This document shows positions 24,356-37,648 of a stretch of 64,000 nucleotides of DNA, one piece after another. The DNA is taken from NCBI GenBank assembly GCA_051362555.1, contig CM120648.1, positions 3,778,587-3,842,586 on the forward strand, given 5' to 3'. A program made the position numbers and the translations under genes. Position 1 is the first letter of the stretch. The number at the start of each line of letters is the position of its first letter. The DNA comes from Lingula anatina. Its lineage: Eukaryota; Animalia; Brachiopoda. The notes below the pieces were generated by a model. It did no database searches. It was not told the origin of the DNA and worked only from the letters and a program-made list of their open reading frames with translations.

Positions 24356-25749
24356 ACAGATGGGCCCTCTCATTGGACAAATTAGTATCCAATCGGTGGG
24401 CTTGGTACGGATTGTGTGTGGAATATGGCATGGAATCAATCTGATTGAATGCTTCTCTTCTCTGTTGTGCATTTTTTAATTATAAGCCAATTAGTGTTTA
24501 CTATATGATATTTTCCAAACACCCTTGATAATTGAAACATGCAGTACTTAATAAGCAGTTATCGTGAACATGTGACTAGTTTGAGGCTGTTTGTCATTTA
24601 TCCATCCCTATCATTCATTTTCCTGACAATTTTCAGAATTGCTCTTGCCCATTTGGTTTTTGCATCAACAAACATGATATATTCGAAACCCTTCTCTTTT
24701 CACTTCAGCCAAATTAACATGGAAACATGAATTGCTTTTGAGATTTTTAACTTTGAATGACAAGGATTTTTTTCCATGGTGATTTTATATTTATGCTTGA
24801 ATAGGCATATAACAATCTCTTGATGTGTTGATATTAACTTTTTGAAAGTACTAAAGAGAAAATTAAACATTACACTTGAACTCTTTCCTTATGCTTCAAG
24901 TACGTAAACCAGGGTAGTTATGGCATGAAAAGCAACTCTTACAAATCATTATCATAGTGTTCAGATCATAGCTAAATGCTGCAGCTGTGGCAGTGATGAG
25001 AAGCTTCAATCATTCAGATTGATTTGGACTGCTTTTTAGCCCAAATGGCAGGGTTGCCCCCCCCCCCCCCCCCTCCTCTTTTTTTTTTTTTTTTTTTTTT
25101 TGCTAGAGCTTTACCCCTATACCTAATATTGGAATATATCATTAAGAATATTTATTTGATTTTGTGAAGTATAAACAAAGTTTGAATACAAATCTGAGAT
25201 GTGTTTTTTATTTAATTATTATTTTTTTCACATATTTGGAGTAATCTTGGAAATTTGTTTGAAAAATGCTAATCAAATTTGCTAGTAGTTGATGGGAGAT
25301 GGAGAAAAAATTGAAGTCATTGGAAAAAAATTGGTAAGAAGGTGGAATTAGGAATGGATACAGAAACATTTGAATGTTATGCAAATTTAAAATGTTGATT
25401 CTTTTAATAGCTGGTCATGATTGACACCCTCTTACTCTGTTATTTTCATTCATTAATTTTAATACAGTGCATAACTTAACTACATTTCTATACAGTGTAT
25501 GGAGACAAGTTATAACAGAGCTAAATGATAAAGTTACACCATTTTTCACTAGGAAATGAAAATAAGAAAAGGTTCTTGAAGAACAGAACCTACAATTTGG
25601 AATTTGGTTATATTTGTTTTAGCCAAATTCTTCTGTAAGGTAAGTGTTGATGAAATGCATATTTTATACATATTTTTTAAATCTTAACAGGAGCAAAGCT
25701 GGTGGAGATGCCAAGTAAAAAACAGTTGTGGATAATGTTAACAACTGTT

Positions 25750-26090
25750 ACATTAATGGAAGATGTTGGCAACAATAATGGATTAAGTAAACAACAGTAA
25801 AGAGAGAAACAATAAGAATGGAAGATGATAGCAACAATAATGGATTAAGTAAGCAACAAAAATGGATGTGAACAACAATGGAATAAGTAAACAACAATAG
25901 AAAATGTAAACAACAACAGTAGAAGATGTACACAACAATAATGGATGAAGTAAACGACAACAATGGAAGTTGTAAACAACAACCATGCAAACATGATTAT
26001 TAAATGAGGAAAACAACAAAGGATTGAATGAGCAGCAAATGAATAAGCAGATAAAGTGATGGTCACAATGATAAAGATTATAACTAGGAA
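25750..26090. repeat. Degenerate AAC/AAT-rich minisatellite
   Basis: Recurring caacaataatggattaagtaa / aacaacagtagaagatg units. These explain the overlapping Cys/Leu/Ile-rich minus-strand ORFs. Confidence 0.7.
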
Positions 26091-26649
26091 TGAACATAAA
26101 ATCTGAAACAACCAGATAAGAATTATAAAATACTGTTTCAAAATTATGGCTGTGATTTCGTTCATCTCTCTAAATGTTGTCAACATGATGAAATAAAAAA
26201 AGAATCCAGAATATAAAGTATTTTGAAAGTATTTTAAAACTTGTTAAGAATTTAAATGCCTTGAAGTGTTTTCATATTTATTTTTCCAATCCTTCAATGT
26301 GTAAAATTGGGACGCTGGTATTGAGAATGTTAACCCTGATTACAATGACAGCAGAGTTCTTGTTTATCTCTTACTATGATTCACATAAGATGTACTTATA
26401 TTTTATTATTTGTTATTTGTTATTTCTTTTCTCATACAAGCGCTATTGTTATATCATACAGTAGGGAGAAAAGGAGGAGATCATACTTGTGTGTGTATAT
26501 ATACTAGTATATTTACAATTTCTTAGTATATAAGATTTTAAATTTCCACTACAGCATTAAATTTAACAGTTAAAATGTAACATATTTGATGAAAATGTCA
26601 AGGAATCCTCACACCATTAAGATTGCACTAAATATTTTTTTAAATCAAG

Positions 26650-28520
26650 TGTTTAATCCTTGTTGATGATATATTTAAATAGATACTATTCTACAAATGT
26701 GCACTTTCAGGAGGAGATTTTTAAAAAATTAACTAAAGAGCAGTAGTTTAAAGGTTTGGATTTTAAAAAACTTAAATATTTGTGCATGAAATTTAGTGGG
26801 ATCTTTACTTTGTATTCGTCCTCGTACCTCTCAGTTTTGATGGGGACCAAGTGTTCTAGTACTAAAACAGAAGGTCTAGATACAATGGGTTGCTTATCAC
26901 ATTTTCAATTGACTGATCGATTTGGAGGTTATGCCAAGGAAGTTATGTTTTCACCCCTGTTTGTTTGTTTGTTTGTTTGCCCTTCTGTCTGTCATCAACA
27001 GAACTATAAAAGTTATGGACCGATTTTGATGAAATTTTCAGGAACTGTCAGAAATGGGCCAAGGAACAGATGATTAGTTTTTGGTGGTGATCCGGATCAA
27101 TAATCAATCAGTAATCGGTGGAGACTGCTGCCTTGGCGGAGGTCTGCGCTCTCGTATTTATTTTTGAATATATGAAATTATGGATAATACATTTATTATT
27201 ATGTTAATTATATGTTGATATGATTATGAATAAGAAGACTGCATACTTAATATCTGATAATAAAGTCACAATCTTGTAACTTCTTTGTTTGATTATTATT
27301 ATCATTACTATTATAATGGATGTGCATTTACCATGATACTCACGGAAATTTAGATGGATTGCATCTTCTAAACTAGCCAATAGTGATGGTACCTCAGTAT
27401 GTGGGGCTTTCTCTATAAGAAGCCCTTGTATTTGCTTAAATTAGATAGAAAGACTTCAACCAATTTGTTACTGCTAGAACATACAGAAGGTCAAGATAAT
27501 GTACCCTCTACCAGGGCCGCAGTTAAATTATGTATACTTTCTCCAGCGCGTCAGGAGAGAATTGTGTTATGAACTGGTCAGAGACATCTGTTATATCTTG
27601 TGAAAAGTCAACCTGTGACCCTGGTAGAGGCTAGGCACACCGCTACATGTAGTGTGCTTACCGATTTTAAGCATAATTTGCCAACTGAGCAAATTTTTAG
27701 CCCTTAATCCCGTTGGGCTCTTTTGTCGAAGTTTGACATTACACAACCAAATAGTTTTAGAAAAGAATTTTAAAAAAAAAACCAATGCTTTAAATGTGAG
27801 CAAGACGTGATATGATGGGCATTGAATACTGCGAGCTCCAAGAGGATAGAAATGGGTTAAATTTTCTTGCGGTTAACATATTGATTTAGTTCTTTTTAAC
27901 TGGGACGCGCGCGTGCACAGAACTTTGCTGTCACAAACATACATTTAAATACTTGATTAGGGCAAGGTTATCAAAATAAAAAGGTGGATAAAACCCAACC
28001 TCTAGAATAACAAATCGGAAAACGTGGCACTGACGTTTTGTCCAAAATGAGATTTTCATGTGAATTGTGAATGATAGAAAATTACCCGGGCTGTTTGCCA
28101 AGCACTGGCTTCAAAATAGTGAACCTCTTTCAATATCTTGTACTATGAATATTTTTGTTGGAGAATACTTAAATGACGTTTGTCATTCATCCATTGAAAG
28201 TTCAACTGAAATATTGAAGCCTGTTAAAATGCACTTCATTGTGCCCTATGCGACATTCAAGTCCTTATTTCTTTTACGGTATTTCGTTATGCTAAATTAG
28301 TAAAACAAAACATTCATAGAGAAAATATCTAAAGGCCTTTGCAACGTTGAAATGAAGAAGATATTTGGCAAGATTTCAACAGAATTTCACCTCTTTGCAA
28401 CCCCAGATGAAACAGATGGAAATTTGTACCTGTAATAAAGTACAATCTCTGCCAATGGATTACGTAATGTTTTCGGATGATTGATCTTAAGGAACATGCA
28501 AAATGTAACGTTAATTCGCA
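26650..28520 (+). repeat. Upstream segment duplicated at ~29980-31290 (part of the tandem duplication unit of peptide genes 1 and 2)
   Basis: Collinear shared blocks: ggggaccaagtgt, cagaagg..taga...gttgcttatcacatttt, tttgacat.aca.aa.caaatagtttt, aactgggacgcg, gaatgatagaaa.ttaccc.ggctg.ttgccaagcactg, cacctctttgcaacc. Confidence 0.8.
26925..27152 (+). mobile_element. Non-autonomous repeat resembling Helentron/HINE (DINE-like) elements
   Basis: gccaaggaagttatgttttcacc, then (tttg)n, then ggaccgattttgatgaaattttcagg...gatccggatca...ccttggcggaggtctgcgctctc, with sub-terminal inverted gccaagg/ccttggc. Absent from the duplicated segment near 30290. The family assignment is from recall only. Confidence 0.6.
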
Positions 28521-28581
28521 AACCTGCATATTCTTCTTATCGTAATTCGAGTAGTTTTTCCCCTCAATTGAATCAACCAGT

Positions 28582-28628
28582 TCAAGTTCAGTTCAAGGAG
28601 ATAGACTTATATATAAGGTTTGATAACC
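28582..28628 (+). promoter_or_regulatory. Conserved peptide-gene promoter box with TATA (copy 1)
   Basis: tcaagttcagttcaaggagatagacttatatataaggtttgataacc, homologous to the boxes at 31938, 37506, 41376 and 45415. Confidence 0.7.
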
Positions 28629-28722
28629 AAGCACCAACTTGAGACAGGTGCTATAGAGTACTGAGAAGAGAGACCAGCTTAAACAACACAAACTGAAGAA
28701 ATGGGAAGTCAACAGAATCACC

Positions 28723-28765
28723 AGGAAGACAGTGGTACTTATCCTGCTTTGTTTCGTTGTGACGG
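28723..28765 (+). pseudogene. Secreted-peptide family copy 1: signal-peptide exon with ATG changed to AGG and no second exon
   Basis: gaatcacc-AGG-aagacagtggtacttatcctgctttgtttcgttgtgacgg|gtgagtgttgtcagttg aligns with exon 1 of copies 2 and 3 (RKTVVLILLCFVVT). Intron homology stops near 29800 and no exon-2 homolog was seen before copy 2. Confidence 0.75.
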
Positions 28766-28850
28766 GTGAGTGTTGTCAGTTGTCACTTGTGAACATTGCT
28801 GTTCGTTATTCAGGAAGAAAGTCTGTCACACACTCAGTTATTATTAGACT

Positions 28851-29040
28851 GGGTTCCCATACTTAGATCGATCCATCTGGATCGACCTAACTCCCGGGGG
28901 GTTCACGCTAAATTGCTAACAGCTCAAGAGGGAGCCGAGCGCGCACGAAAGTTAATTACCCCCTAACAGCTTTTAGTAGGCGGGACAGACATCGATCCTT
29001 CCCAGGAAGATGGATCGATCCAAATATCTGTGGGAATGCT
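28851..29040. mobile_element. Small inverted-repeat insertion (MITE-like) in the copy 1 intron
   Basis: ttcccatacttagatcgatccatct / agatggatcgatccaaatatctgtgggaa imperfect TIRs. Absent at the homologous position in copies 2 and 3. Confidence 0.6.
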
Positions 29041-30319
29041 TCCTAATAGTTTCTACAAAACAACTTGTGGCCATTAAACGGGCTATTTTCCCCCACACCA
29101 ACCATTTTCACCCTTTTTATAGGTTACTGGATTATATTATATAATATTGCAATAGGACTTATAAAAAGAAATAAAGCTAAGAAATTATTTTAAGGGATGT
29201 TTTAAAATTGACAATGGAACAAATGGTAAATTATATGACGTGTGTTTGTTACACTCTTGATAAATTGAAGGAACGGGCAAGATGGTAACAGACCAAGTTT
29301 TTAAAACATTTTTAAAACTTCACCGTTGTGAGAGTCAAAAAGTGATGAACATTTAAAGAAATTAAATGCTACATGCAGGAAAAGGATTTCGAAAATGTTA
29401 AGCAGCCTCTGCTTTAATTTTCGAGAGGAAAATATATCAGTATGTTTACGTGACTCCTGAAATCAATTTTATTAATTGATCCCATTATGAAATTCTTGAA
29501 AATATGCTGTAGCAATTCCTCTTGTTTGCTTTATATTGAACAGAGCCCTAATGATAACCCTAGCAGTATTAAGGTAAAAGGAGAATCTCGCATTAATAAT
29601 TAATCAAATACAAAGCAAGCTTTCTTGGTAGTAATTAAATGTGACAGTACGTTTTCTCCAGTCTCAGTCTGAAGGTCTCATTTTAATGAAAGCGTACGTT
29701 GTAGAGAGACCAAAATTTAACATATCAATATAACAATATGTGTTTGGTGCATTTTTAACGGAGTATCTCAAAACTGCCAGAGATTAGCTTGTTTTAATCA
29801 GTAAGGCTTGCAATATTATGTTATCAGCTTTGAACGAATCTGGACCAGGCCTCCATATTATATTACTAAGTGGTGAATCATTTGATAACAGAAATGATAT
29901 ACCAGTATTGTTAATTATGCATTATAATCACTGTAAGTGACTGTGTGCAGTAAATCATTTGTCAAAAAATCACTTTAATTTTTTAATCCATATCAGCGAT
30001 GTATTTTAATTAATACTATGTTTACTAACAATTGTAAACTAAATATACCTGACTTGCCAACTCGACATGTCAGCAGCTTTTTAAAAATATGTCTGAAGAA
30101 CAGTAGTTTAAAAATTGATTTTTTTAGAGCTGTGCATGCCTAAATTTTAGTCAGTTCTTTACTTTGTGTTCGCCGTCAAACTTCTCAATTTCGAGGGGGA
30201 CCAAGTGTAAAAATGTTCTAGCACACTACGTCTAGGACAGAAGGTTTAGAAACTAGGAGTTGCTTATCACATTTTTATTTGATTGATAAATTGATTAGTT
30301 AATTTTGATTTTCATTCAT

Positions 30320-30350
<31 letters not shown>

Positions 30351-31937
30351 TCTTAAATAAATAAAATGATGGATAAAAAGACTCTCAGGGGCTTATCTAA
30401 ACTTTTCTAGTGAAAAATCTATCTAGTGCCATTGCCGATACTATAAGCATATAATTTTACCTACTGCACGCTTTTTTAGTCTTAGGCCCTTTTGGCTGTT
30501 AAGTCAAATGTTTGACATCACAGAATCAAATAGTTTTAAAAAAAGAATTTAAAAAGAAACCGATGCTTTGAAAGTGAACAAAACGTGATATGATAGGCAT
30601 TGAACATAGTGAGAGTCAAGACGAAATAAATGGGTTGCATTTTTCTTGTGTTTTTGATATTGATTTAGTTCTTTAAAACTGGGACGCGTGACCGTAGGTT
30701 TAGTGTCACTAACATATATTTAAATACTTAATAAGGGCAAGGTTACAAAAATAAATAAGCCTGTATAATAAGAAAAAATATAAAAAATGAGGATTTGCAG
30801 ATTTGCACGTGAACTGTGAATGATAGAAAGTTACCCAGGCTGGTTGCCAAGCACTGTCTTCAAATTCAAAACCTCTTTTAATTTGTTGTATTATGCCACT
30901 ATGAGAATACTAAAATGATGATATTCATTTTAAACATTAAAAGACCAACCAAAGTATTGAAAATTGTTCAATACTACATTGTTAATTGTGTCTTATGACA
31001 TTTAAGTTCCTATTTCCTTTATTTTGATATGCTAAAGTATGGAAACAAAATGTAAATATGTCTGATGACCTTAGCAACGTTGAAATCAGTATATTTTTTT
31101 ATTAGCTTTCAACAAACAAAAAATCACCTCTTTGCAACCATACGTGAAACGAGCGCAAAATTGTTTGTAAAATGCACTTGCAATACTATTACAATCTGTG
31201 CCAACAGAGTACCTAATGCTTCGAGTGATAGATCTTACTGAATATTAAGATCTAGGGTTAATTTGTAGAGCTGCATTTTTAATTACTTGCAATATCCAAT
31301 AGCAATACGAATAGTTTTTTTCCAATTTAAGCAATAAGAGGGATATTTTAATGAAAACGGCTTGATTGTAAAAATTAACTAAATCAGTTATTACCCCGTG
31401 TTTGCTTGTTCACTTATTTCCTATGTTGACAGATTGGGTGATAATGGCGATTAAATGGATAACATCACATCATATGAGATTTAATATTCCACAATAAATA
31501 CATCGTAAACAACATTTGAAATGTAATAAATTCCACTTTACTACTAAAACGCCTGCTATCTTCGTAATTATTCTCAAATAAATGCTTGCCACCGGGCCAC
31601 TTGGCTTCCCTCCGTAATATTTTTAAGAGGTTATACAAAGAGCACACTTAAAAAACAATCGGATAACTATGAATACCGGAACGGATTCAGAATTATGGTT
31701 ACCATTGGAAAATCCGTTTTTATGTCTTTCGTAAGAGCACGGCACTAGTAAGTAAAACGTTCAACATTTGATATAAATGTTAGAGGTTATATATTTTAAT
31801 AAAAACCATTTTGTCTGACAATTGACTTCATGGTATTCTTTGAGAGTCGAACAGACGCCGGTAGAGGTAGCGCTTCTAGACGTGGTCCAGCCCGTATATG
31901 TCGTCCTAAGAGCACGTTTAGGTCAAGGACGAGCACG

Positions 31938-31986
31938 CATCAAAGTCAGTTCAAGGAGATAGAGTTTTATATAAGGGTTGTTAGCC
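31938..31986 (+). promoter_or_regulatory. Conserved peptide-gene promoter box with TATA (copy 2)
   Basis: catcaaagtcagttcaaggagatagagttttatataagggttgttagcc, ~100-140 bp upstream of ATG 32080. Confidence 0.75.
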
Positions 31987-32079
31987 GAGTTCCCTCTTCA
32001 AACAGGATCTGAAGATTGCTGAGCAAAACGATATCTTTAAACAACACTACCTGAAGCGAATAAAGGCAAAGGAATCACA

Positions 32080-32569
32080 ATGAAGAGATTGGTATTTATC
32101 CTGCTGCTTGTTTGCATCATTTCGACTGGTGAGTGTTGTCAGTTGTTACTTGTGAAAATTTCTGGTCGTTAGTCTGGAAAAGAGTCTGTCGTACTCTTAG
32201 TTTTTGTAATAGGTTTTTCAAAACAACATATGGCAAGAAAAGGATATTTTTCCCAGAAGCCACTTGAGTACAATAAACAAGACAACTCGTTTTAAAAAAA
32301 TATTTGTTAGATCTATTGTATTGATTTCTGTATTTTTTTTTTCATTTTGGGTGCATTTTTAGACCTGGTTATGGAAAGCTCCCGTGGGAGTACATCATAC
32401 AGGGTTACTTATATACCAATAACTTGGTGTGGGTGTGGAGTTTCTTCAGCCACCCCCCCCCCCCCTCCAAAAAAATGTATTTAACTCCATATAAATACTT
32501 TTTTGCATTCTATATATATATATCTTGTACATATTGGAAAGAGTACACAAACCGTATAATAAAAATAAA

Positions 32570-32650
<81 letters not shown>

Positions 32651-33418
32651 AGCTCTAGGGCTCACTCATGAGCTTAAAGTAAAAAATATTTTTTGCTAAA
32701 ATTTTCACTTCAAAGACGTCAACTTCATTGCATTTTGGTCAGGTTATCTTGCGTTTTGTTTTTCTTTTATTCTTGTTAATAACTTCTTTGCGTATTTGAA
32801 AAGATATTAAGATCGTTTCCACCATTACCACCAGACCTTATTCTAGTTTACCTTAATCTCCCTGGGAAGTACTGTATGGTAAAAAATACCCGTTAATTTC
32901 AAAGGTCAGCATAAAATAATGGCAGAAATTGTGGTATTTTGCTTTCTCCATAATTGCCAAACTGGACTAGTGTTTGTTTATTTATTTATATATATATATT
33001 TATTTGGGTTGGGGGTGGGTTGTTTTTTCATTCTACAAATGTTGGTTATATGGTCTCAAAATTGATGGGCATTTTTATCTTCTTTTCATTTCGGTACATT
33101 CACTTATGATGTTGAGATAAAATTTGATTTATTTTTCATTTCAGCTCTTTAACCAAGTGATGCCCTATACTGATCTCTCACGTTATCTTGATGTGTAATA
33201 CGGTGGTACTAATTCCTTTTCTTTTTTCAGTCCTTAGAATCAGTGATGCGGTGGCCATTCCACTGTCAAAAAGAGCAAGGAACGAGAAGCAGCTGAAGTT
33301 AGACGAACGCAGTTCGCCAAGCACCGAAACTGCACCAAGCACCGAGACTGCACCCAGCACCGAGACTGCAGATGACTCTGATGACTCTGAGGACTCCGAG
33401 GAATCTGAAAGCCGTTAA
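32080..33418 (+). CDS. Small secreted Ser/Thr/acidic peptide precursor, copy 2 (78 aa)
   Basis: Exons 32080-32128 and 33231-33418 (phase 1): MKRLVFILLLVCIISTVLRISDAVAIPLSKRARNEKQLKLDERSSPSTETAPSTETAPSTETADDSDDSEDSEESESR*. AATAAA near 33912. Confidence 0.85.
32571..32649. repeat. (AAT)n(TAT)n inverted trinucleotide microsatellite
   Basis: About 13 ATA units followed by about 13 TTA units form a self-complementary hairpin. This is the source of the poly-Ile ORF. Confidence 0.9.
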
Positions 33419-34799
33419 AGAAATATGGAGCAACACACATGTATCAGCATCTTTCCTTTTGTCGAGTCGACCAAGTGCTCCCATCCGCAAGGCAACTTTT
33501 TATCTTTGTTATCATAGTATGTTCTTCATGGCTGAAGACTCTACATGAGATTTATAGTTAAACTTGAATTCTACAGCCATTGCTGCAGTCGAGAGAGGGG
33601 TTGTCTCCCAAAGAATTAGAAATATTTTCTGGAACTTAATTAAGTGTACGCCTTTTCCTTCACTGCATCACATTTCACAAGATTGTTAGTTTTGCTTGAG
33701 CTACCGTCTAGATCGGCATCACAGGCGACACAAATTACTGGATTCCAACGTTTGCAATGGGAGTGACTGAAAGTAAAATACGTGATCTTGATTATGTTTT
33801 AGCAAACAATTGGGAACTATTTTTTTTATTTTTCTTTAATTTCAAACTATATCTAATGTGAGTTGTCCTATAGTATGATTTTGTTTCAATAATCGCTTCG
33901 CTTATTCCTTGAATAAAATGAAAGCTATTAAGACAATATGTGTTTCTGTTCTATGAAATAAGAAACGAAAACAACTTACACTAGTACTTTTAATGAATAA
34001 AATAGAATAAATATATAGAAAATAATAAAAAAATCTTCAGTGAATTAGACCACAAATAAAACAGGTTGTACTCCGTTTGGTAAAAGCACCATTCTATAAG
34101 AAGACATGGATATAATATAATATAATATAATTATAATACACGGAGAAAAGCACATTGGAAAATCAGTTTATGTCAATATGGGTTTATACTGTTTATTCAT
34201 CTATGAATTAATAAAAGAATATTACGTATAACAGCCCTCAAAAATAACATGCCGTTTAACAAGAGACTACTAGGCTACATATATCCGCGTTTTGCATCAA
34301 CTACGTTTTTCTTTCGTGTTATGTAGAACAAGTGCTTTATTTCTTTTAACAAAGGAACATTTGATAAATGATTCAATGACACAATACTTTGTTATTTTTT
34401 AACTAACCCTGGTGCGGGAAGTAATATTTAAACATAATATACCTGTAAAGTAAGCATGATTACAGAAAATAATGCAATAGGTTGAAGTACGGTACATAAT
34501 TGAGTAAATGTAACAAGATATTTGAAATCACATAAAAAAAACCCAAAAGCAATTCCATCCCTGGAGCAAATTGTACAAAGGTGTTGTGGAGGGCAGTGGC
34601 AGATTAAGTTGGGCCAGGGGGGTCCTAAACCCCCCTTCGATTTCTGAAAATAAAACACCAATGGTCCCCTTTTGAAAGTAGAATTTTGACTAGCTGAATT
34701 ATAGTTCCAAACCGAACCAAATGGCACCGTTCGCCCTCTATAATACCAAAACGTTTCGAAACCCCATGCCAACTGGGGGGGGGGGGGGGGGGGGGGGGG

Positions 34800-35490
34800 T
34801 TAGAATACCAGACGACCTCCGAGGAATCCACTGTAAACACCAAAACATCGTTGTATGTTTCTCTAATGAATCGGGGACCTTGACCGTTTCTGGGTTGAAC
34901 ACTGAAACTTCGTGGCTTTCTTTATTGAGGTCAGATTTCACCTGTACCGCTTAACTAGTCAAAACAGAGTTTACAGACATCTAGAAGAGGCCAACGACGA
35001 AGCATGTGCAGCGTCGAAAGTGACTAAGGTCATTAACAGCGTCAGTAGTTGGAGTTGATACCACATTGGTGCCAAAGCACCAATGGTAGTCATCGACGAA
35101 AACCTGAACCAATTCAAACCAAGGAATAATCTGGGAACCACTTGACTATCATTTGATAGGGGGCACCTTAGGAACAATTTTAAGTTGCACGGTGAGATAG
35201 CCGGTTCACACAGAGCACTTTTAATAGCAGATTACTTACAAAACCAAGTGAATGAGCAGCTACCTTGGTCATCAAAATCGCAATATTTGAACCACATAGA
35301 CAGTATGTGGGTAGATCATTATTCGCTGAATCAATGGCCTACATGTCCTACAACAATTTGAACCAAATAGGACAGATTTTGACCGATGCCTGGAATGTTA
35401 TTCCAGATTGAACTCTAAAAACCTATCCCAAGGAATGCCTTGCCACTTGAGAGCGCTGGTAGCAGCCAGAAGAGGTCAGGCGTAACAGCG
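34800..35490 (+). mobile_element. Highly degraded Tc1/mariner transposase remnant
   Basis: Fragments read VCFSNES (cf. VLFSDES), LPWSSKSQYLNHIDSMW (cf. WPAxSPDLNPIExxW), LTDAWNVIP and ALVAARRG, with many frameshifts and stops. Confidence 0.55.
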
Positions 35491-36818
35491 ATCGTTACTG
35501 TGACTAGACACTGACATGAGGGTCCTCTGTGGAGAGTGTAACTCTTTTACAGACAATAATTTGGAAAATATGGAGATCCAAAATATCTCTTTTAATGGTT
35601 GTCGTATGACATAGAATAGGCAATGTGTTTTTGTTTGCTTCTCTGGCGAATTCCTTTAATGGACCGATGTCACAATGACATCAAAGAGATTATTAAAAGT
35701 TATTAAAACACGATTGTAATCCTTATTTTCATTTATCAGTCAGCAAAATAGGAAAAAACTGATGAAAAATGATTTGGAAAAAAAATATTCCATATTAAAT
35801 GTCAAGTCTGTATGACAAGACCGGTGTAACTGGAAGAATATGGTTCAGAGTTTGCTTTTGACATTTACGTAAAAGTCTCCAAAGGTTATTTTCTCCACTT
35901 TTTGATCGATTTTCTGACCCATTTGTGAGGAATTCAACTGGCAACCGCAAAATGAACTCAATGATGAAATCTCGTTATACATCAACCACAACTGTATTTC
36001 ATATCAGGTTTGACCTAAATGTTGATATCTAACCTGCATATTCCATAAACATGATAGAAACAGACAAGTTTCACAACTAAAATACCAGTATAACTGCACA
36101 CTCCCATTTCAGATAGGAATTGTCGGTTTTTCGAGGCCTCAGCAGAAAAAGAGTGTTTGACTAATTGGTTTGCAAACGAAAATAGGTAGGTTTTCGACCC
36201 ATTTTCATCAAGAAAAATTCTTGTATTAATAGCGTAACGACGTTAGAGTAATCGAAGTTTTGGGAAAATAATAAAAAAATATCCAAGTACCTTCAAATGC
36301 AACAAAAGTTTATTGATAGGTCTTACGTACGTGACTGACAACATGAAGTACCGGTAGCTTACATTATCTTGTGATTTAGATTGATTCAATTAAAATCAGG
36401 ACGTGCGCACATCACCTATTCAATATTACTGACACACAACTAAATAATTGATAAGGGCATACCAGCATGAAAGGATGATACACCCAACCTGACGAATAAA
36501 AGAAATAAATCAGGTCATCACGTGAACTCTGAAAGGCACAGATATGTAGACTATACTAATAATAATTAATATCTTTAGAAAATTAGGTTATCACGTGAAC
36601 TCTGAATGGCAGAAAAATTGACAATTTCTTAATAACAATTAAAATCTATAGAAAATTACTAATAAAAGGTTTAACTTTTAAGTTTTAAAGCACTGCAATT
36701 TGTTTAATGAGCCCTATACAGTTTTTGGATCTAATATAAACGTCGTAACACGCTAGGGTAATAATTTCAAAAAACAAATCGTTCTGTCTTTCAGATTGCC
36801 TATGTGGTCGAATTAACC

Positions 36819-37433
36819 CACCCTGAGCTTCAGAGCTAACTTGACACTAACCTTTTCACTGTAGCCTATCTCCATCGTGTCAAGTTACCTCTGACGAAAA
36901 TAGTTTGACCTATTTTATATAAGCCAATCGAATCCATGTTTCAAAATTTTTCACCAAAGTTTGGTGAAAACGCTGATTGGTTGATCGTCAATCGGCAATC
37001 CTCGGCTGATTCCGCAAGCTCCATACTAACAACATAGTTATTGTCGAGTGCGGAGACATCCGAGTAGTTCCGAGTGGTTCCGAGTGCATAACCGTACACA
37101 AAGAAAGCATGGAGTATATCGGAATTGAAACCAGAGCAGTATGATGCCCTGCATCATTATCTACTGAGAGACGATGTTATTTGCGTGCTGCCCACAGGTT
37201 ACGGCAAGACCCTGATATTCAGCCTTATCTTTGATTGGTCCGGATTTGAACAAAGCGCGCTTTGACTCGTTCGCGTTCATTGGCTAGATCGTTTAATGAG
37301 TCATTGAGTGCGGGCTTTTAAATTTGATTGGCGGGCGGCGGAGGCAATCGAATCTGGTCAGAGGTAACTTGACACGATGGAGATAGGCTACAGTGAAAAG
37401 GTTAGTGTCAAGTTAGCTCTGAAGCTCAGGGTG
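36819..37433. mobile_element. Non-autonomous DNA transposon (~77-bp perfect TIRs, 8-bp TSD AATTAACC) carrying a RecQ-like helicase fragment
   Basis: caccctgagcttcagagctaacttgacactaacc...ttacctctgac is mirrored at ~37357-37433. aattaacc lies at 36811-36818 and 37434-37441. Internal 37122-37238 reads ELKPEQYDALHHYLLRDDVICVLPTGYGKTLIF (Q motif and Walker A). Confidence 0.85.
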
Positions 37434-37648
37434 AATTAACCTGACCCCACGCTTAATGTTAGGGCAAAACCGGCACACCAGGTCATAAAGTCAAGAAGAA
37501 GCAGGCATCAAAGTCAGCTCAAGGGCATTGACTCCAGTATTAGAGTTGATAACCAATTTCCCGCTTCAAACAGGATATAAAGATTACTGAAAAGAACGAC
37601 TTTTTAAGACAACATCAACTGACGCGATAAAAATGCAACGGAATCACC

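Noticed and set aside
25748-26186. Overlapping Cys/hydrophobic minus-strand ORFs that look like membrane peptides
   Set aside because: They are translations of a degenerate AAC/AAT minisatellite, open in several frames.
28701-28765. ATG at 28701 as a rescue start for copy 1
   Set aside because: It is out of frame with the signal peptide and gives a hydrophilic sequence, and no exon 2 was found.
32424-32699. Poly-Ile ORF (also 54323-54523 and the tail of 52103-52390)
   Set aside because: These are (AAT)n/(ATT)n microsatellites. For 52103-52390 only 52196-52241 is a real exon.
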